Shown here in pieces: positions 20,648-32,711 of a stretch of DNA of 49,534 bases (position 1 is its first letter; each line of letters starts with the position of its first letter). A model generated the notes under the pieces. That model was not told the origin of the DNA. It ran no database searches and saw only the letters and a program-made list of their open reading frames with translations. Location: NCBI GenBank assembly GCA_030167865.1, contig JALAGF010000849.1:1-49534 (forward strand), read 5' to 3'. Origin of the DNA: Craspedostauros australis. Taxonomy: Eukaryota. A program made the translations under genes and the position numbers.

Positions 20648-23132
20648 CACCCGTTGTCGGCCGATCCTGCCCGCCTGACGCGTTCTGATCTCGTTGATGT
20701 TGGGAGGCGCAAGGGATGGTTCCTTCTCGACCAGGGATCGAGTGATGCCACCGTCGCCAGCAGGAGTGATTGTACATTTGTGTGCAAGCGCCAGCGCGAA
20801 TAGTACCATGCGAGTACCCTACGTATTGTATGTACTTGTGAAAGGGTGGATGGGAAAGGGGAGCAATGTCGTTCCATGGCTGTTGCAGCATCCGCGATAT
20901 ATGGGATGGAGTGTGACATCTGTTGGTCACGTTGTTTTATTGAATTGCCGTACTCATACTGTGGTACCGGAATATGACATGATGTATGTATGTATGCAGA
21001 CTTGGGAATTGAGTTGGGGAGAGCGGCCTGGCAGGTTGGTCTGCGGGGTGAGGTGAATGCAGGAAAGCAGCAACAAGTGAGAGCTAGGGAACTCGTTTCT
21101 TGTCACTCGCAGCACTCACCATCAGCCTAAATAGTATCCATTGTACTGGTAGATCGATCGTACAACATCGACTTGTGAGTGACTCTCCGTCTTGTTTGTT
21201 TTCTCCACGCAGAGAGTCCAACAAGAGAGCTGCAACCACATGTTTTCGGCGGCGAAGCGACCTTCCGTTTGGGTAGCTCGTATTGGTGTTGGCCCTGCGC
21301 AAGTACGAAGTCTGGTATCTTGGAGCAGAGTATGGTACTATGTACGAACGAGAGTTGTGGCTCCACATCAGACTTATTGAAGCCATCGTTTGGTGGGGAT
21401 GCCACATCGATATCGGGGACACCACGTGGAGCAGGAGTATGTGTGCTTGTCCGCCTGCAGCTTCTCCGACGGCGCAGATGATGTCCTTGTGCCGTCGCTA
21501 CATGATTGACGTGCGTGGCATTCCAAGTCGAGTACTCTACGCGTAGCTCGGACTATCCCATGTGCACTCTCGCATTGCTGACGTGTGTACGTGTGGGCTG
21601 CGGAAGCTGTGAGAGCAATGTTGATGTCGCCTCCCAATCGTTGCCTCCACTGCGTTGCCTCCGTCCTGGAACATCCAAGCAAGATTCGTGGTTGACGTGA
21701 TCATCAGACCATTGCTGCACTTGCACGCCCCAAATGGACTGCTCTGCCACTTTAAGCACGAGGCAATGAGTGCTTGGGCGTACTGGCATGCTATACTCTT
21801 GCGTCTCCACACCAAGAGTATTGTACACACATAGCAGTACTGTATCGGAGGCCATACCTTACCCCAGTGGGGATTATCCGCTTCTCGCCAAGACAGAAAC
21901 CCGAGATTGTTTCACAATGGGACGGCCTATGAGCCATCATCGCCGAGGCAACCTATACAGCACCAAAACAACGCCCAGACAGATTCGTCAACATCAAAAC
22001 CAAAAACGGGGACAAGACGACGACTCTCTGATCAATCCATTTCAATCCGGTCTAATCCAGTCCAACAGCGCTGATTCTGAGGTATCCCTTTACGAAAGAC
22101 TGTGGGCAGAGACCCTTGCCATGACCGTTGATCTCCTCCGCAACCTAAACAGCAGAGTCGAGAATAGTATAATAGAGTGCAGCAGAGCAGTTTGAGTCCG
22201 TCTGTTCAATAGGTATCATCGCAAGGTTTACATGCCGAGAGGCTCTTGTTCGCATCGTTTACAACCAGTGCTCTGGCGGCGCATTGTCACCTTCGTGAAA
22301 AGTGCCACATGCCTCCCACACGTTCACGCAAAGGCATATACTCCAGTAATGCTCTGATGGAAGAAAACGGAGAAGTACAGTGCAATACAAAGATGGGATT
22401 TCATTGCGTTGGCATCGTCTCAGTGCCACCAAGGCGACAGTCTCTGCGTTGGTAGAGCATCTTATGATCCATGTCTCCTCCGATACATTTCTGGTATCAT
22501 GCGGACTCGGACATGCTCTGCACAGCTCTCGCATGTATCGTACTACACATTCGAGGATAGTAGCATGGTCATGGAGGACGAATGCTTCAGTAAAGTTCCA
22601 TGAATTCGCAAATGTTCTCCCGCCAACACTCCAGGGACTGTACCAGTCTGGAAGTCTTCTCGATTGGTGCTGCTGACTGTAGCTGGCTGCTTGTGGGCTT
22701 TGGCTTGTGCCATGGTGCAAAGGCCAGTCGAGCGCCGCTCCTGTGCCGATTATGCCAGCACGAGGGCTTGCTCGTGGATTCGAATGTAGTGGAGTATTCT
22801 TCTCTAACTGCCTTGGGGTTCGACTCCTACTCGTACGTTTATGCGTAGGCGTGTTTGATTGTATTGCTACGTTGTTATAGGGTAGAGCACAGGAGTAGTA
22901 ATGGCACCGCTGTATTGAATCAGTATCAGTCGGGCATCACAGCCTCAACCTCAACGCCAACGTCCCTACTCAACTCTGCTCTTCTAGTGTTGCACATATG
23001 CGCACTCGTGGGGCGTGTGTCCTGCTTGGCAGCACCAACCTCTTTCCTGCACCAGCATCCAGCATGGCTCGATCAACGTTTCAATGCGCCAGACCATTGG
23101 CCCACTTTCCCTTTTTCGCTGATCACGGTCTC

Positions 23133-24104
23133 TCATTGAGGACTGAGATTGAAGGGCCTGCCACCCTCGTTGTCGCTGTCATCGTCCCGTCGTCTTCGCT
23201 TCAGTCGAGGCACGGGGAGCAACCATGGTCGCGACGAACGCCTTGGTCGCGACCGTTCGCTTGCTTCGGGGGAACCCGATACTTCTGAGGCTTCGGATAC
23301 CTCCTCCCCTTCCTCTACCATTGGGGCTGCTTCTGTCGACGATAGTGACGTTGACGTTGACGTTGGTCCAAACAGATCATTAATGTCGAAGTCTCTCGTC
23401 AGCTCCAGCGTTTCATCAATGATGGTTGTTATTAGCTGAGGGAGCGACGATCGATCAGACGATGGATTGATTGTCTCGTTGTCGCCGCAGCCACTGTCCC
23501 TATGGCCACCAGCCATGGATGCTCGTTCGTGGGCTCTTGTGTACGGAGCGTTGCTGTTGGGATGGATGGTGTTGTCGTGCGCCGTGCCTGGCCTCGCTTG
23601 TGTTTGCGACATGAAGATCGGCGAGAAGGATGGCAGTGGCGTCGTCAGGCCACTTGAGATGGGCGGCAGAAGTGACGCCATGCCATCCGTCGCACTCTGC
23701 AGCTGTTGTTGTTGTTGTTGTTGTTGTTGCTGGTGATGCTGCTGCTGAGATCCAGCGGATGCTCGTGCAGAAGAGGAGGGCACCGGAAGCCAGAACGGCA
23801 ACTGCGAAGGAGATTGCGTTGATAGCAGCATTGGCGCAGTCAGAAGCGACTGGCTGTGATGCTGCATGTGCTGCGAGCGCTCACGTTGCATGTCAGCACC
23901 AGCCTGCAGCAAGGATCGAAGCGAGTTGGGGTTCTCATTCGCCGCAGTGGATCTGTTGCCACCAGTGCGACCATCATCGGCCGTGCGGGCATGCCGAGAT
24001 CCTTCGTGGGCATTGACGTCGATCTGGTTTTGGCGCTCTTGATTGATGGTGCGGCGGTTGCTGGCGAGGCTTGTGCCTCCAGATTTGTTCGAGGAGTGAT
24101 TCAT
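23133..24104 (-). CDS. Hypothetical low-complexity polyQ protein
   Basis: 323-aa ATG-initiated ORF with a polyQ tract (about 23704-23750), one amphipathic helix (LPQLITTIIDETLELTRDFDINDLF) and a basic NLS-like PRLKRRRR. No family recognised. Confidence 0.55.
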   Translation of the reverse strand: MNHSSNKSGGTSLASNRRTINQERQNQIDVNAHEGSRHARTADDGRTGGNRSTAANENPNSLRSLLQAGADMQRERSQHMQHHSQSLLTAPMLLSTQSPSQLPFWLPVPSSSARASAGSQQQHHQQQQQQQQQQLQSATDGMASLLPPISSGLTTPLPSFSPIFMSQTQARPGTAHDNTIHPNSNAPYTRAHERASMAGGHRDSGCGDNETINPSSDRSSLPQLITTIIDETLELTRDFDINDLFGPTSTSTSLSSTEAAPMVEEGEEVSEASEVSGSPEASERSRPRRSSRPWLLPVPRLKRRRRDDDSDNEGGRPFNLSPQ

Positions 24105-27100
24105 CGTCCTTGGTGGTGAAGAGTGGTATCCACGAGATTGATGTTGGAGTTGTTTGCGATGTTCACGACGTCGAAGATGCGAATGGTGTTGCTTGCAGGA
24201 GGGGCCGTGTGCTTGGTGGGTCCTGCAGAATTATGATCAGGCGCAGGAGTCCGCAAAGACAGAGAGGACGGAGGATGGAGGATAGTGGAAGAATGAGGAT
24301 TTGGAGCACGCTTGAGGTATGTAGCATGCGTACGAGTAGCGTTCGCGCGATGTTGTGCGAGTCTTTGCAGGGACGCAAGTGGTTGTAGTTGTGGTTGTGG
24401 TGGTCACAGCGACAGGAGCAGTAGCAGCTGTCGGACTTGTGCGCGCTCTACGCTTGTGTTCGTCACGTGTGGATCCCCAACCGGTTGCGCTTCCCGCTGC
24501 GGAGAAACAAGAAGCAAGCAAGAGAAAGAGATCGATTTGACCTCTGTGCGCAACTTCTGCGCCTCAACAAGGTTCGTTCCGTTGTGTCTGTCGGTTCGTC
24601 TGTTGTTGTTGTTGCCCCAATCAGCATTCCCCACAACTCGTCGAGCTTCCGCACTTTCACCCTCGACAGTGGTCGCGGCAAGAAGGCGCCAGATGTCATT
24701 CCGGCAACAAGAGAGGGACAAAGCGGTCCACTTGCGAAAGGCAACACGGGCTTTATTCGCTCATTGGTGCGTGCTTCGTCGCTGAGACTCAATAACTCTA
24801 TTTTTGCGAGTGCTACAAGTGACATGTCAAACGAAGGATGGTGATGCCCAATTGCACCCCGCTGACATGGGTGTCAAGGAAGAGTATCAACAACAGATGG
24901 CTCTGTCAAGCAGACGGCTTGTTGCTCTTGCCTGTATCTTGGGTTGAATGGAAGAAGCAATCGCGCGGTACATCATTCTTCTGAGAATCCGAGCGATGAA
25001 CCATCATGGCCCCATCAGCGTGATTGCAGCCAACGATGTGCGCTTTGCTGAGCAATGAAGAAGTCCAGTGACGGAAGGGCTCGGACAAAGGCGAGACCAA
25101 GGTTGCCCCGCTCGCTTGCCCGGCCCCACCTTCGATGATGTTTGTTGTGGGACGTCGTCCCAGCAGCAGCACAGTTTCGTCCGTATTGCTCTCTTCGTAA
25201 CATGGTGAGCATCGGGAAGAATGCGGGTGACGATCATTTGGGATCGCCAAGAGAGACCTGCGCTCCGTGCTCCATGCTTCACTTTCAGTTTCAGTTTCCG
25301 TAGCAAGCAAGGACAGAGAATGAGTGAAAACGGCATGGCTGCTATTTGGGTTCTACCCAGGAGTGCGGCAACAGAGCACCAAAACTGGCATTGGCCATTT
25401 TCTGCAAACTGCTCGTGCACGAACATCGTCATTGGCTCTAGTATTTGGGGTGACGAGGTTGTGACTGTGAGGTATTGGAACGACGTAGCAGGCATCGCCG
25501 CTCTGCTCTGCTCCACTCTACTCTACTCTGCTCCATGCGCTTTGACATGATACTGCGTATCCGTATTTATTGATCATAAATAACTTACGTCGAGTAACCA
25601 CGGTTCGGCATGAACATCTGTTGGGAGGTTGTTGTCAGCGACTTCGCTGACGTTGGCAACGCTCATCATCGTCATGAATTGAGCATCAAGCATCCGGTTT
25701 GGGGTTAGTTTGTCTGGGGTGGCTCGTGTGCGCTCTTGACATGTCCTTGCTTTCTCCCTTGCATGCTGTCTGTCTCAGTCCCTGTTTTTTACTTGGTTCG
25801 CCATTCATTCGGAGAATGCAAAAAATGGAAGAGCCCAGCAAAGTGAAAAGGAAACGTGCTACAGCAATTGTGCTCCGCACGCTCTCGTGAACCGATAGAA
25901 CGCGAGGTTGCGAGCGGTTCGCAGGTATATGCCCCTCTGAGAGGCATTATAGCAACGATGGTGAAGACGACGACGCTGGCGATGGCGGTTCTCGAGCCAC
26001 ACAGTCTCGGCGTCGATGATGTCTCCAGGTCGCACCTCGGCGATTTCTGCTCTACTCATCGGGAATTCTCGACCGAACGATGCGAGGACGAGTACGAGGG
26101 GACTTTCCCGGTATCATGTCACGGAGCAGTCGTCGTCTACTATTATGCCGCAAGGGGGCGGATCCCGCAATCCCATAAGTGTGTATGGTATGATAGGCGG
26201 GCAGCCAGGGCCACCTGTTGCTGCCGCAAGAGGACAGTGGACGCTCGTGTCCACAAACATGCCATTGCGTGTCTCCAACTCCATCTTTGGGGTGACCAAA
26301 ACAGATAGAGCACGACCTATTACATAGCAAATACACGATCACAAGAACAAGACTCTACTGTCCCGCGGAGTAGGCAGCATTGTACTCTTCCAGCGCAGAA
26401 GCAGGAAGTAATCGTACTCCGGAGCAGAGCACGCTGTTACTTCCGCCATGGAGCAACCTCCTCGCTCAACAACCATGTCGAGCATACACAGCCTCATACT
26501 CCACTCTCCAGAATTCAATGGGCCAAGCAGCCGCCAACGCGCATCAGATTGGCCAAAGAGGCTCCTTCCCACCACCACCACCACCACCACGACAGGCTAT
26601 GCACACACGAATCCCCAAAGATGAATCTTCGCGACGTCCACTCATCCTTGTCCGCCGAACAACCTCGCCGCAATAGAGGCTTGCCGTCCTTGGACGAAGA
26701 GTGATAACACAAAGTCGATGGGATGTGCGGCGAAGTCGGTTTTGTTTTCTCCGTGCGCCTCTTCCTGCCCTGCACCCCCGCCTGTCATGCAACCGTAAAC
26801 ATAGTAACAATCTACTGTTACTGTAGTTGATGTCAAAATACGATGCCAAAATCGTGGAAACTCCACGATCAAGGCGCTCGTATTCCATCAAATCCGCCAC
26901 GGCTGTTTTTCCAGAGGTCTCGATTGGCACGCCCAGTTGCAGCACCACAAACACCGTGAAAATCTCCACAAAAACCACCGCCAAGCCCCGCTTCGCCACC
27001 TGCCGCCAACTCGCACGGCACACACCGAAGTGCATCCGTCCTTCCATTCGTTCATTGATCCGCAGGAGATTGAAGTGTGAACCATCACACACAAGAACCA

Positions 27101-27209
27101 TACTGTGCTGCAATATTATATAATACTTGACATACTACGTAGCTGACATACTACGTAGCACGGAGAACACCTTCCGCATTCATCCTGGGAGACGAAGTCC
27201 GACCAAGTC

Positions 27210-30200
27210 ATGGCGACCGCTGCGTCCATCGGGATGCCCGAAGAGGACGATGTCCTCCCCATGGTGGTCGCCTCGTTTGACAGTGGAGAAGGAAGCGCCG
27301 CTGCATCTCCACCTGCTGCTTCTGCCACTACGGCCACTACGGCCACAGATTCTCGTCAACAAGGAAAGGACGGTAAAGACAAAGGCAAAGCTGAACTCGC
27401 AGCAACAGCAACAGACAAGGAAGGTCGGCATGATGATTTGGATGCCGAAGAATCGGCGCCAGTTGTGAGCCAGAGACGCCGACGTCGCAAACGCCGCAGA
27501 CAGCTGTACCAGATGCTGCAGGGACCGAGGTCTGTGCCATCCTTTCTTGCCGTCATCACGCAGACGGAGGAGGATATGCATGACATGTCGGAGATCACAC
27601 CACCAGTCGTCGTCATCGATGTGGATGAGTACATCGGTCTCAAGAAGCCACCACCGCCCACGCCTGACCCGGCGACTTCATCTGCCGACCTGGCGGCGCA
27701 GATGCAGCTCGCCATTGAAGTGCAGCAGAGGAACAGCAAAGCCAACAGCAACAAGAACAGCGGCAGTCGAAGCAACGGCAACAACAACAGGAGCAATCAC
27801 ATCAGTAACGCGAACACGAGCTTGGCCACGAAAAGCAATCAGCCACGACAGCAACGGCAGCAGCGGCAGAAGCTTCGCGTTGCTTCCAGAGCGGCGAGTG
27901 ATGGGAGGTGGTACGAGGGATGCTTGTCATTGGAGCAAGACATGGACAAGGAGTACCTGACCGGACTGCAGCAGTTCGTGAAGCGTCACACGCAGGTGTT
28001 CAGCGCGTCGGATATTGATGTGGCGATGAACGCGGGGCGCAAGAATGCAATCGCCCGTGGGCGGGTTGGATTGCGCTGCATACATTGCGCGGCTGCGCTG
28101 ACGAAGCATCTCACGCAGACCTCCAGCAGATCGTCGTGGCCAGCCGGCGCGGTGGCGTACCCGGCCACTGTCAGTGCACTGTACTCCAACGTCAATTCGA
28201 GACCTCAGCAGCACTTTGAAAAGAACTGTCCCTATCTACCAGAAGACGCCGCACGCCAGTTCGAACATCTCCTCAAGGAGTACAGGGCAACCCAATCCGG
28301 CATGGAAGGCACAGCGTCGTCGCAGCGGTTTAAGCGACGGAGGCACTCGTTAAATACGTCGCAGTACTACGCCGTGAGCTGCTGCCGCCTGGGATTGTAC
28401 GAGATGCCAGAAGGGCAAGGGTTACGCTTCGGTTGGGAGACGTCAGCGCGTCAATTGAGCTTCACGGATGCGAGGAAGCAGGTGGAGAGCGGGGAATATC
28501 CGTCCAACAGCAGCAACGGTGCTGCCACGGCTGCGAGCGGTGTTTCGCCTGGATCGAAGACGAATGGACGGCACTTGCAGCATGGCGACAACCAGAATGG
28601 CACCAGTCCCAGCGCACGGAGAAGTCCGATCCCATCGCAGGTCACGTCGTCTCTGCGCTCATCACCGCGACAAGGCGGAGGCTCGCGGTCTCGTGGCGGT
28701 TGCGATGAGGAAACTCTGGCCATCATCGATCAGGCCAGGAAAGCGAGGAATCCGCCAAACTCGATCTTGTTGGGACACGGCGAGGATTTCGAGAATGCGA
28801 CGGACTACATGTTTCTGACCATCCAACAGATGGCAGTTTGCCACGCCTCAGAAACAGATATGACTTCGCGCGGCAAGAAGAACAGAATCGTCCAACCTGG
28901 GTTTGCCGGCTTCGGCTGTCGTCACTGCCAGGCAACCGAGCTCCTAGACAAGACCCCCCGATGGGCGGCCACCGGCACGTGCCGTTGCTTCTGCTCGCAT
29001 CGCGACAACCTGGCAAGCGCGATCTCCAACTCGCTCGCAATGCACATGCAAAAGTGCAAGCACGCGCCTGACGCGATCAAGAAGGCGCTGACCCAAACCA
29101 AGAGGGTTCACTCGCGTCAGATACAAACCATGCCCTACGGCTCCCAGCGCAAGCTCATCCACAGCGTATGGGCCAGGATGAGGCAGCACGACCGACTCAC
29201 AGGCCATGGTCATGACAATGAAACCAGGAGCAACAGCACGAGCCCTACCGTTGGGCGGACGAGGCGACAGATCGCACAGGCCAAAGCCAAACAGATAGAT
29301 ATCGATTTCGACCCTGCGGAGGAGGGTAGCGATGGGGGCGATCCCAATGAACCGCGACAACAGCGACCACGGCGCCAGCAGCATCAGAAACAACAAAATG
29401 GTGGCTACGACAGCCCTACCGAGTTGGAAAAGTCCTCGACGGCACGGCCCAAGGCGCAATCAGGGAAACGGAAAGGCGCCACATCTCCAAAAAAGATACC
29501 ACCTCTCCCAGCCAAGGTTCCGATCATGTACGATAAGAATCGCGCAAATGCAAGATCGGAGATGTTCCCCGTTTGTACCGATCCAGCTACAGTAGCTATG
29601 CTGAAGCAGTACGAAGACAATTGGGTTGTGAACAAAGAGATGGATCTCATCACGCCCGAGCTGCGCCACCTCGTGTCGGACTATGTATTCCTCACGGCAA
29701 GACAACTCAAGATCGCGGTTCCCACGGCCGCGGACTTCACTCGGAACAAACGAAACAACGTGCTGTGGCTCATGGCCGGCTTTTGCTGCATCCACTGCGC
29801 TGCCAAGGACACAGAAGGCGATTTCTTGTCGGGCAGGTCCTTCCCTTCTGCCCCCGACAACATGGCATCGGCTTTCAATTCCTCGCTGTACAACCACTTT
29901 CAGAGCTGTCCTCACATATCGTCCGAGCTGAAGAGCGCGATGGCGATGCTGAGGAAGATCCATTCCAACCAATGTGCAACACTCAAGTTCGGATCCCAAC
30001 GCAAATTCTTCAACCATATCTTCGATCAACTCAAAGCCATACCAGTGGATCAACGCCTCATCTCGGGAGTCGGTCGCGATGCCAAACCACCAGCCGAAGT
30101 GCCAGCCGCCAAGCCAAGCGCGCGCGGCACATCGCCCCAAGCCAGCAAGTCTGGAGCCATGCCGAGTACCAGCAAAGCAACTGCTCCCACGCTGCCAGCG

Positions 30201-31307
30201 TCGGCACCGGCACCAGCACCAACAAGCTTATCGCGTCCAAGCGTTGCTGCAAATGGCCATGGCGGTCGCAATGGACGAAGCACACAAGGATCACAAGCAA
30301 AAGCAATTGATCGTGACTGGCTGAGACGCCACGGATTCGTCCAGCATCAGAAATCGTTCGTGCAATGCACGCAGTGTCGCATGGTACCATTCCACCTCCG
30401 AACTCCAGGATCCGTAGTCTTTCTCGACAATGATGGCGCGGCCATCACTGAAAACGGTAACAACGGTAGCAACGGCCAGCGCCCACGTGCCATCCCGCAA
30501 CATCAGGCGAACTGCGCGAAGATGAATCTGAATAATGCTGCGATCTGGAATGAGTTGAACGAGTTGTTGATCTTGCAAAAGGGTCTTGTGACGCCAATGG
30601 GGACCTTCCTGGAAGAGTTTAGCTTGTTGGTAACGAGCGCATTGGGTGGCAACAGGAGGTTGTACGAAGGGTTGATCTCCGCATTGGCAACTTTACCAAC
30701 AACCGCCCAACGCGGAAACGGGATCGGGAGCATCGCCATCACTGCGCTTCCCGTTTCTGTCAATACGGAGACAGTGATCGAGGCGTATCTGAAACTGCGG
30801 GTTCGACTGGGTTGGAGCGAGAGGCCGCTGACGGATGGATGCAAGATTCTTGACTTTCTTCATTTTGTGTCGCCTCATCTGCATCTGGACTTGGCCACGA
30901 TCGAGGGCTCCAAAGCCAGACGAGCTCAAGATTTAAGCAGAGTGATGGTTTATGCAAGTCATAGGACTAGCAACGGCACGAGAACCATGATGGATGTCGT
31001 GCGGACGACGGCACCGTTGACGTCAACACCGATGATGACACTATCAACATCAACAGTAACAGCAACTGGCCAGGCAACGCCGTTCACTATGCCAGCAACG
31101 GCACAGAGGGGAGGAGGCCCAAGCGCGAGCATTCCTACTCGTTCGCTAACAGGACAAGTACCACAGAATGCACGAGGTCCACCATCAAGAGTTGGTGCAA
31201 ACACAGCACCGTCAGAGGCAAGCAATTCACAAGGATTCATTGCTCCCGTAGCAATCATCGCACCTTCGAATACAAATGATTCCGACGATGTAATTGACTT
31301 GACATGA
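27210..31307 (+). CDS. Protein with three (plus one degenerate) tandem G-x-x-C-x-H-C ... H-x(3-4)-C modules; putative Zn-binding, diatom-type, function unknown
   Basis: 1365-aa ORF. Modules are RVGLRCIHC..HFEKNCP, FAGFGCRHC..HMQKCKH and MAGFCCIHC..HFQSCPH, with a degenerate FVQCTQC..HQANC. NLS-like RRRRRKRRR lies near the N-terminus. Confidence 0.85.
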   Translation: MATAASIGMPEEDDVLPMVVASFDSGEGSAAASPPAASATTATTATDSRQQGKDGKDKGKAELAATATDKEGRHDDLDAEESAPVVSQRRRRRKRRRQLYQMLQGPRSVPSFLAVITQTEEDMHDMSEITPPVVVIDVDEYIGLKKPPPPTPDPATSSADLAAQMQLAIEVQQRNSKANSNKNSGSRSNGNNNRSNHISNANTSLATKSNQPRQQRQQRQKLRVASRAASDGRWYEGCLSLEQDMDKEYLTGLQQFVKRHTQVFSASDIDVAMNAGRKNAIARGRVGLRCIHCAAALTKHLTQTSSRSSWPAGAVAYPATVSALYSNVNSRPQQHFEKNCPYLPEDAARQFEHLLKEYRATQSGMEGTASSQRFKRRRHSLNTSQYYAVSCCRLGLYEMPEGQGLRFGWETSARQLSFTDARKQVESGEYPSNSSNGAATAASGVSPGSKTNGRHLQHGDNQNGTSPSARRSPIPSQVTSSLRSSPRQGGGSRSRGGCDEETLAIIDQARKARNPPNSILLGHGEDFENATDYMFLTIQQMAVCHASETDMTSRGKKNRIVQPGFAGFGCRHCQATELLDKTPRWAATGTCRCFCSHRDNLASAISNSLAMHMQKCKHAPDAIKKALTQTKRVHSRQIQTMPYGSQRKLIHSVWARMRQHDRLTGHGHDNETRSNSTSPTVGRTRRQIAQAKAKQIDIDFDPAEEGSDGGDPNEPRQQRPRRQQHQKQQNGGYDSPTELEKSSTARPKAQSGKRKGATSPKKIPPLPAKVPIMYDKNRANARSEMFPVCTDPATVAMLKQYEDNWVVNKEMDLITPELRHLVSDYVFLTARQLKIAVPTAADFTRNKRNNVLWLMAGFCCIHCAAKDTEGDFLSGRSFPSAPDNMASAFNSSLYNHFQSCPHISSELKSAMAMLRKIHSNQCATLKFGSQRKFFNHIFDQLKAIPVDQRLISGVGRDAKPPAEVPAAKPSARGTSPQASKSGAMPSTSKATAPTLPASAPAPAPTSLSRPSVAANGHGGRNGRSTQGSQAKAIDRDWLRRHGFVQHQKSFVQCTQCRMVPFHLRTPGSVVFLDNDGAAITENGNNGSNGQRPRAIPQHQANCAKMNLNNAAIWNELNELLILQKGLVTPMGTFLEEFSLLVTSALGGNRRLYEGLISALATLPTTAQRGNGIGSIAITALPVSVNTETVIEAYLKLRVRLGWSERPLTDGCKILDFLHFVSPHLHLDLATIEGSKARRAQDLSRVMVYASHRTSNGTRTMMDVVRTTAPLTSTPMMTLSTSTVTATGQATPFTMPATAQRGGGPSASIPTRSLTGQVPQNARGPPSRVGANTAPSEASNSQGFIAPVAIIAPSNTNDSDDVIDLT

Positions 31308-31900
31308 AGATGACGCATCACACAGGAGTTGGCCTGATCGGTCGTCCGAATCATGGGTTGGGTGCTCTCGTGGCAACGAGTGCCGTGCAACGACGCAGAC
31401 TAAGGATAGTTGAGAAATCGCTTGTGCTAGGGTAATATACCATACACCGACTTTTTGGAAAGGAAGTGAGTGAAGCGTATTGCTCATTGTACCCGTCCTG
31501 ACAACCAATTGATGTGGATGATCTGTATTTGTAGACACTCAACGTGTGATACGCCCATACTTGATTTTTTTGGGGGGGGGGAAGAAGATATCGTCAGAGA
31601 GTGGCCAGTAGTAGAGTAGCAATCCTTGCATCATCGTTTGCCATTCTCGTTCTATGATTGGAGGCATCACTCTACTCCTTGTGCAATCCTTCTCGACTGT
31701 TCTGTGTGTCTGTGTGTCTGTATCTGTGTGTCTGCGTTTTTGTGTTCTGCTCCAATGAGTTTGATGAAGCTGACGCTGGGCGTTGTTTCTGCGCCAGTTC
31801 ATCCGTTCATCGCTTTCTCTGTGCGGAAGTAGGAGTGGTAGTGACAATTTGCCACTGACATTGTATCAGACGCTCCGGAGTGTGTGGGTACATGTGAGTT

Positions 31901-32711
31901 TTACATGCCCTTGCTTCCGTCCTTGACCTCATCCACGGAGATGATCTTCGCGTTGATTTATTTGCACGCGCGCGTGTACGGATGAATGCATTGTTTGAAC
32001 CAAGGGACGGACGGACGGACAGATGGATTAGAGTGAGTTTGATTGGGTTGGGCTGAGCTGTGGTGCGAACGTAGGGGCGTGGACGTTGGGTAGATTGCAG
32101 CCTCTCAGCCTTTAAGCATCGTGGATGAGCATTCATGCATTCGTCCATGGTGCTCTTGGTTGCATGTGTTGAATCAAATACTGCAGATCAACCACCATTG
32201 TTCAGATCAATCAATAAAACGAGACATGGTGAGAGGAAGGACGTACCTGCTCTTCGCCGGCAAACGCATTATCCTCCGTAAGGAAAAGCATGCAATGGCA
32301 CTCATGGCGTTCTCGCATGGGCACGCAGGGGCAATTCCAGTATCCATCCTTGGCCTCGGCCTCCTTGTCCTCGTAAAAGCGGCATGGACAGAGCGGTGCG
32401 CCCAGATCGACCTTGTGCTCTGCCAGTCCCTTGATGACGACCGCGGGGATGGATTTATCGGAGCACAGCAGAGTGTCAGTGTTTTTGAGGTAGGTGTTGG
32501 AAAAGGCCGTCATGGCCTTGAGCGACTTTTCGACGGCAACATCCCTTTCCTCCTCGCTCATGTCATCGGATTTGAGATGAAGAGGGGTGTTCTGTTGTCT
32601 GATGTTGGGCTGTGTGATCGGAGAGGAGTGCTGCGGAGTCACGACGAAGGCAGAACCGAACGAGACTGCGGAAGCCAACGAGACGAGGTATGTGATTCTT
32701 CTCTTCATCAT
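31901..32711 (-). CDS. ftrB: Ferredoxin-thioredoxin reductase catalytic subunit, plastid-targeted, 2 exons (32711-32247; 31945-31901)
   Basis: Diagnostic CPC..WNCPC..ECHC motifs (GAPLCPCR, YWNCPCVPMRERHECHCMLF). Signal peptide ends GSA/FVV. Donor CAG|GTACGT at 32246 and acceptor AAG at 31946 give FAGEEQ|IISVDEVKDGSKGM*, a typical FTR C-terminus (301-nt intron). Confidence 0.93.

Noticed and set aside
24110-27200. Short ORFs in the long spacer between the polyQ gene and the Cys/His-repeat gene
   Set aside because: No recognisable motifs, no consistent splice chain and no terminal repeats; I cannot support a gene or a transposon here.
31565-31581. T-run followed by a G10 homopolymer
   Set aside because: A simple homopolymer in a 3' intergenic region; there is no G-quadruplex pattern or retro-insertion hallmark.
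32211-32246. ORF-track C-terminus of FTR (VRPSSHHVSFY*)
   Set aside because: It begins at a GTACGT donor; a downstream exon supplies a family-typical ending.
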